Shown here: piece by piece, positions 62,404 to 64,000 of the stretch
Layout: each line of letters starts with the position of its first letter
How positions within the stretch are numbered: position 1 is the first letter of the stretch
Source: Oxalobacter sp.
GTDB taxonomy: Bacteria; Bacillota; Clostridia; Oscillospirales; Ruminococcaceae
Length of the DNA stretch: 64,000 nt
Assembly: GCA_963615785.1 (NCBI GenBank)
Contig: CAVEID010000009.1
Coordinates: 11,733-75,732, forward strand
Direction: 5' to 3'
The notes under the pieces: generated by a model
Databases searched by the model: none
The model's input: only the letters and a program-made list of their open reading frames with translations
What the model was told of the DNA's origin: nothing
Program-made: the position numbers and the translations under genes

Positions 62404-63234
62404 TTGAAGGACTTTTTTGACACATGGAAATTTAAAATACTGGTGGCGATCGCAGTGTTTCTGGTGGGCATCATGGCCTATGCCGGTGCCAACGGCCGCC
62501 TGACCGCTGCCCCGCAGGAACTGCTCAGTGTGGTGCTGACCCCATTCCAGAAGGTGAGTGCCGCGCTCAGCGGCGGTGTGGGTTCGGTGTGGGAAAAGTA
62601 TGCCCGCATCGATGAGATCATGGATAAAAACCAGCAGCTGGAAGCAGAAAATGCCGAGCTGCGCCAGCAGATGGTGGATTATGACCGCATCAAGGCTGAA
62701 AATGAAGCCTATAAGGCGCTGGCCAACATTCAGGATTCCAACAGCGAGGCAAGCTATGTTTCAGGCTTTGTCATCGGCCGTGATCCGCTGGATGAATTCG
62801 GCGGCTTCACGCTGGACAAAGGCACCACAGACGGCGTGGAAGTGAACGACACCATCATCAGCGACAAGGGCTATCTGGTGGGCACTGTGGTGGAAGTAGA
62901 TGCCACCAGCTGCAAGGTGATGACCATCCTGCACCCCAGTTTCAACGCGGCAGGCGTGGTGTCCCGCACCCGGGAAAACGGCATCATTAACGGCAGCTCT
63001 GATTATGCCGGAGACGGCCTGTGCACCCTGACCGATCTGGAACGCACCTGTGAGACACGGGCGGGCGATCAGGTCATCACCACCGGCCTGGGCGGCGTGT
63101 TCCCGCCGGATCTGCTGGTGGGCAGGGTGCAGGAAGTTCTGCCGGAAGCCAGCGGCAAATCGTCCATCGCGGTCATCCGTCCGGGCGTGGATCCGCGCAC
63201 GGTCAAGCATGTGTTCATCATCACCGATTATTAA
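62404..63234 (+). CDS. mreC: Rod shape-determining protein MreC
   Basis: TTG at 62404 behind GGAGGG. TM KILVAIAVFLVGIMAY, coiled coil NQQLEAENAELRQQM, and C-terminal beta domains (VITTGLGGVFPPDLLVG). Confidence 0.8.
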   Translation: MKDFFDTWKFKILVAIAVFLVGIMAYAGANGRLTAAPQELLSVVLTPFQKVSAALSGGVGSVWEKYARIDEIMDKNQQLEAENAELRQQMVDYDRIKAENEAYKALANIQDSNSEASYVSGFVIGRDPLDEFGGFTLDKGTTDGVEVNDTIISDKGYLVGTVVEVDATSCKVMTILHPSFNAAGVVSRTRENGIINGSSDYAGDGLCTLTDLERTCETRAGDQVITTGLGGVFPPDLLVGRVQEVLPEASGKSSIAVIRPGVDPRTVKHVFIITDY

Positions 63235-63246
63235 GGGGGCTCTTAT

Positions 63247-63780
63247 ATGGAATCACGCCGCATGCGCAGCCGCAGCCAGATCCTGAAATGGATCTGCTAT
63301 GTGCTGGCATTGTTTGTGTGCACTGCGCTGCAGACGGCACCGGGCCTGTTCCAGCTGGGGCAGGCGAAGCCTCTGTTCATTCTGCCGCTGTGTCTGGCCG
63401 TGGCGGTTTATGAAGGGGAGTTCTCCGGCGCGGTCTTCGGCACGGTGTGCGGCCTGCTGTGGGACTATACGGCGGGGCGCACCGTGGGCATGCTGGGTTT
63501 GGAGCTGCTTCTGCTCAGCTTTGGGCTCTCGGTGCTGGTGCAGCTCTATCTGCAGGGCAGCACCTGGAACTTTGCCCTCATCAGCATGGCCACGGCTGCA
63601 CTGGTGCTCTCGCTGGACTGGCTGTTTTTCTACTATATGCCGGGCTACAGCTGGGCGGGGAGCCGCTATCTGACCTTCGTGCTGCCCTCTGCAGGGCTGA
63701 CGCTGGTGCCGTCGCTGCTGATCTTTCACTTCGTGCGGCGGGTGCACGAAACATTCAAAATCGACAACGGCGTAGTCTGA
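63247..63780 (+). CDS. mreD: Rod shape-determining protein MreD
   Basis: 177 aa polytopic membrane protein immediately after mreC. Confidence 0.75.
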   Translation: MESRRMRSRSQILKWICYVLALFVCTALQTAPGLFQLGQAKPLFILPLCLAVAVYEGEFSGAVFGTVCGLLWDYTAGRTVGMLGLELLLLSFGLSVLVQLYLQGSTWNFALISMATAALVLSLDWLFFYYMPGYSWAGSRYLTFVLPSAGLTLVPSLLIFHFVRRVHETFKIDNGVV

Positions 63781-63799
63781 GCCGCCGGAGGAAATACGA

Positions 63800-64000
63800 A
63801 TGAATCAAAATGAACGAAAAACGGTGGTGCGCCGGATGATCCTGCTGATTGCTGTGGCGTGCACCGTCATGGGGCTTTACGTCATGCGGCTGATCTTCCT
63901 GCAGCTGGTCAATGGCGACGAGTTCAGTTCCAAGGCTACAAACACCACCGATTATAATTTCACGGTGACGGCGGCCCGCGGCGACATCGTGGACAGCAAC
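63800..64000 (+). CDS. mrdA: Penicillin-binding protein 2 (elongation transpeptidase), N-terminal part; continues past the window
   Basis: ATG at 63800 behind GGAGGAAA. My translation MNQNERKTVVRRMILLIAVACTVMGLYVMRLIFLQLVNGDEF..ARGDIVDSN is a typical PBP2 N-terminus. Positioned after mreBCD. Confidence 0.75.
   Translation, partial: MNQNERKTVVRRMILLIAVACTVMGLYVMRLIFLQLVNGDEFSSKATNTTDYNFTVTAARGDIVDSN

Noticed and set aside
1-64000. tRNA, rRNA, tmRNA and RNase P genes
   Set aside because: I scanned the intergenic regions by eye for cloverleaf-type acceptor/T-arm pairings (GTTCGAATC-like T-loops) and for rRNA-like conserved blocks and found none. Every intergenic gap larger than 150 bp is accounted for by promoters, terminators, repeats or the candidate structures listed.

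Overview
This 64-kb window is from a high-GC Firmicute of the Clostridia. Gene content and the GC-rich palindromic intergenic repeats look Oscillospiraceae/Faecalibacterium-like, but that is inference only. The window divides into three parts.

(1) 1-33.4 kb is a large, apparently cytoplasmic pectin / rhamnogalacturonan-I utilisation locus.
- Sensing and import: a YesM/YesN-type two-component system and an LplABC-type ABC importer.
- Enzymes: GH28 x2, GH105 x2, CE12, CE4 and a 693-aa uncharacterised hydrolase candidate.
- L-rhamnose catabolism: an AraC/RhaR-like regulator, fucO, rhaB, rhaD and rhaM. An AraA/FucI-superfamily isomerase sits where rhaA is expected.
- Second module: a TRAP transporter, an AraC regulator, GH105, a KduD-like SDR, a TIM-barrel isomerase-like protein and an 865-aa unknown protein.

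(2) About 33.4/35.3-41.2 kb is a lower-GC accessory island. It ends in a large serine recombinase that abuts a truncated SleC-like cell-wall hydrolase gene. Its cargo is:
- a TetR-MATE pair;
- a pseudo-receiver OmpR-type regulator;
- an XRE repressor;
- a small zinc-ribbon protein;
- a translationally coupled pair made of a MazF/EndoA-type RNase domain with a roughly 105-aa C-terminal extension and a ParB/DGQH-type protein.

That pair is my best candidate for an undescribed toxin/defence-like module.

(3) 42-64 kb is core housekeeping: galM-like, proS, acpP, dapF, dapL, a GntR-ABC operon, NfeD-SPFH, GH13 plus glgP, zapA, a U32 peptidase, dut, maf, mreBCD and the start of PBP2.
- It also encodes an XRE-HTH::desulfoferrodoxin fusion.
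- It is interrupted by three copies of a composite GC-rich palindromic repeat.

No rRNA, tRNA or CRISPR array was recognised. All calls come from reading the translations and sequence by eye. No searches were run.
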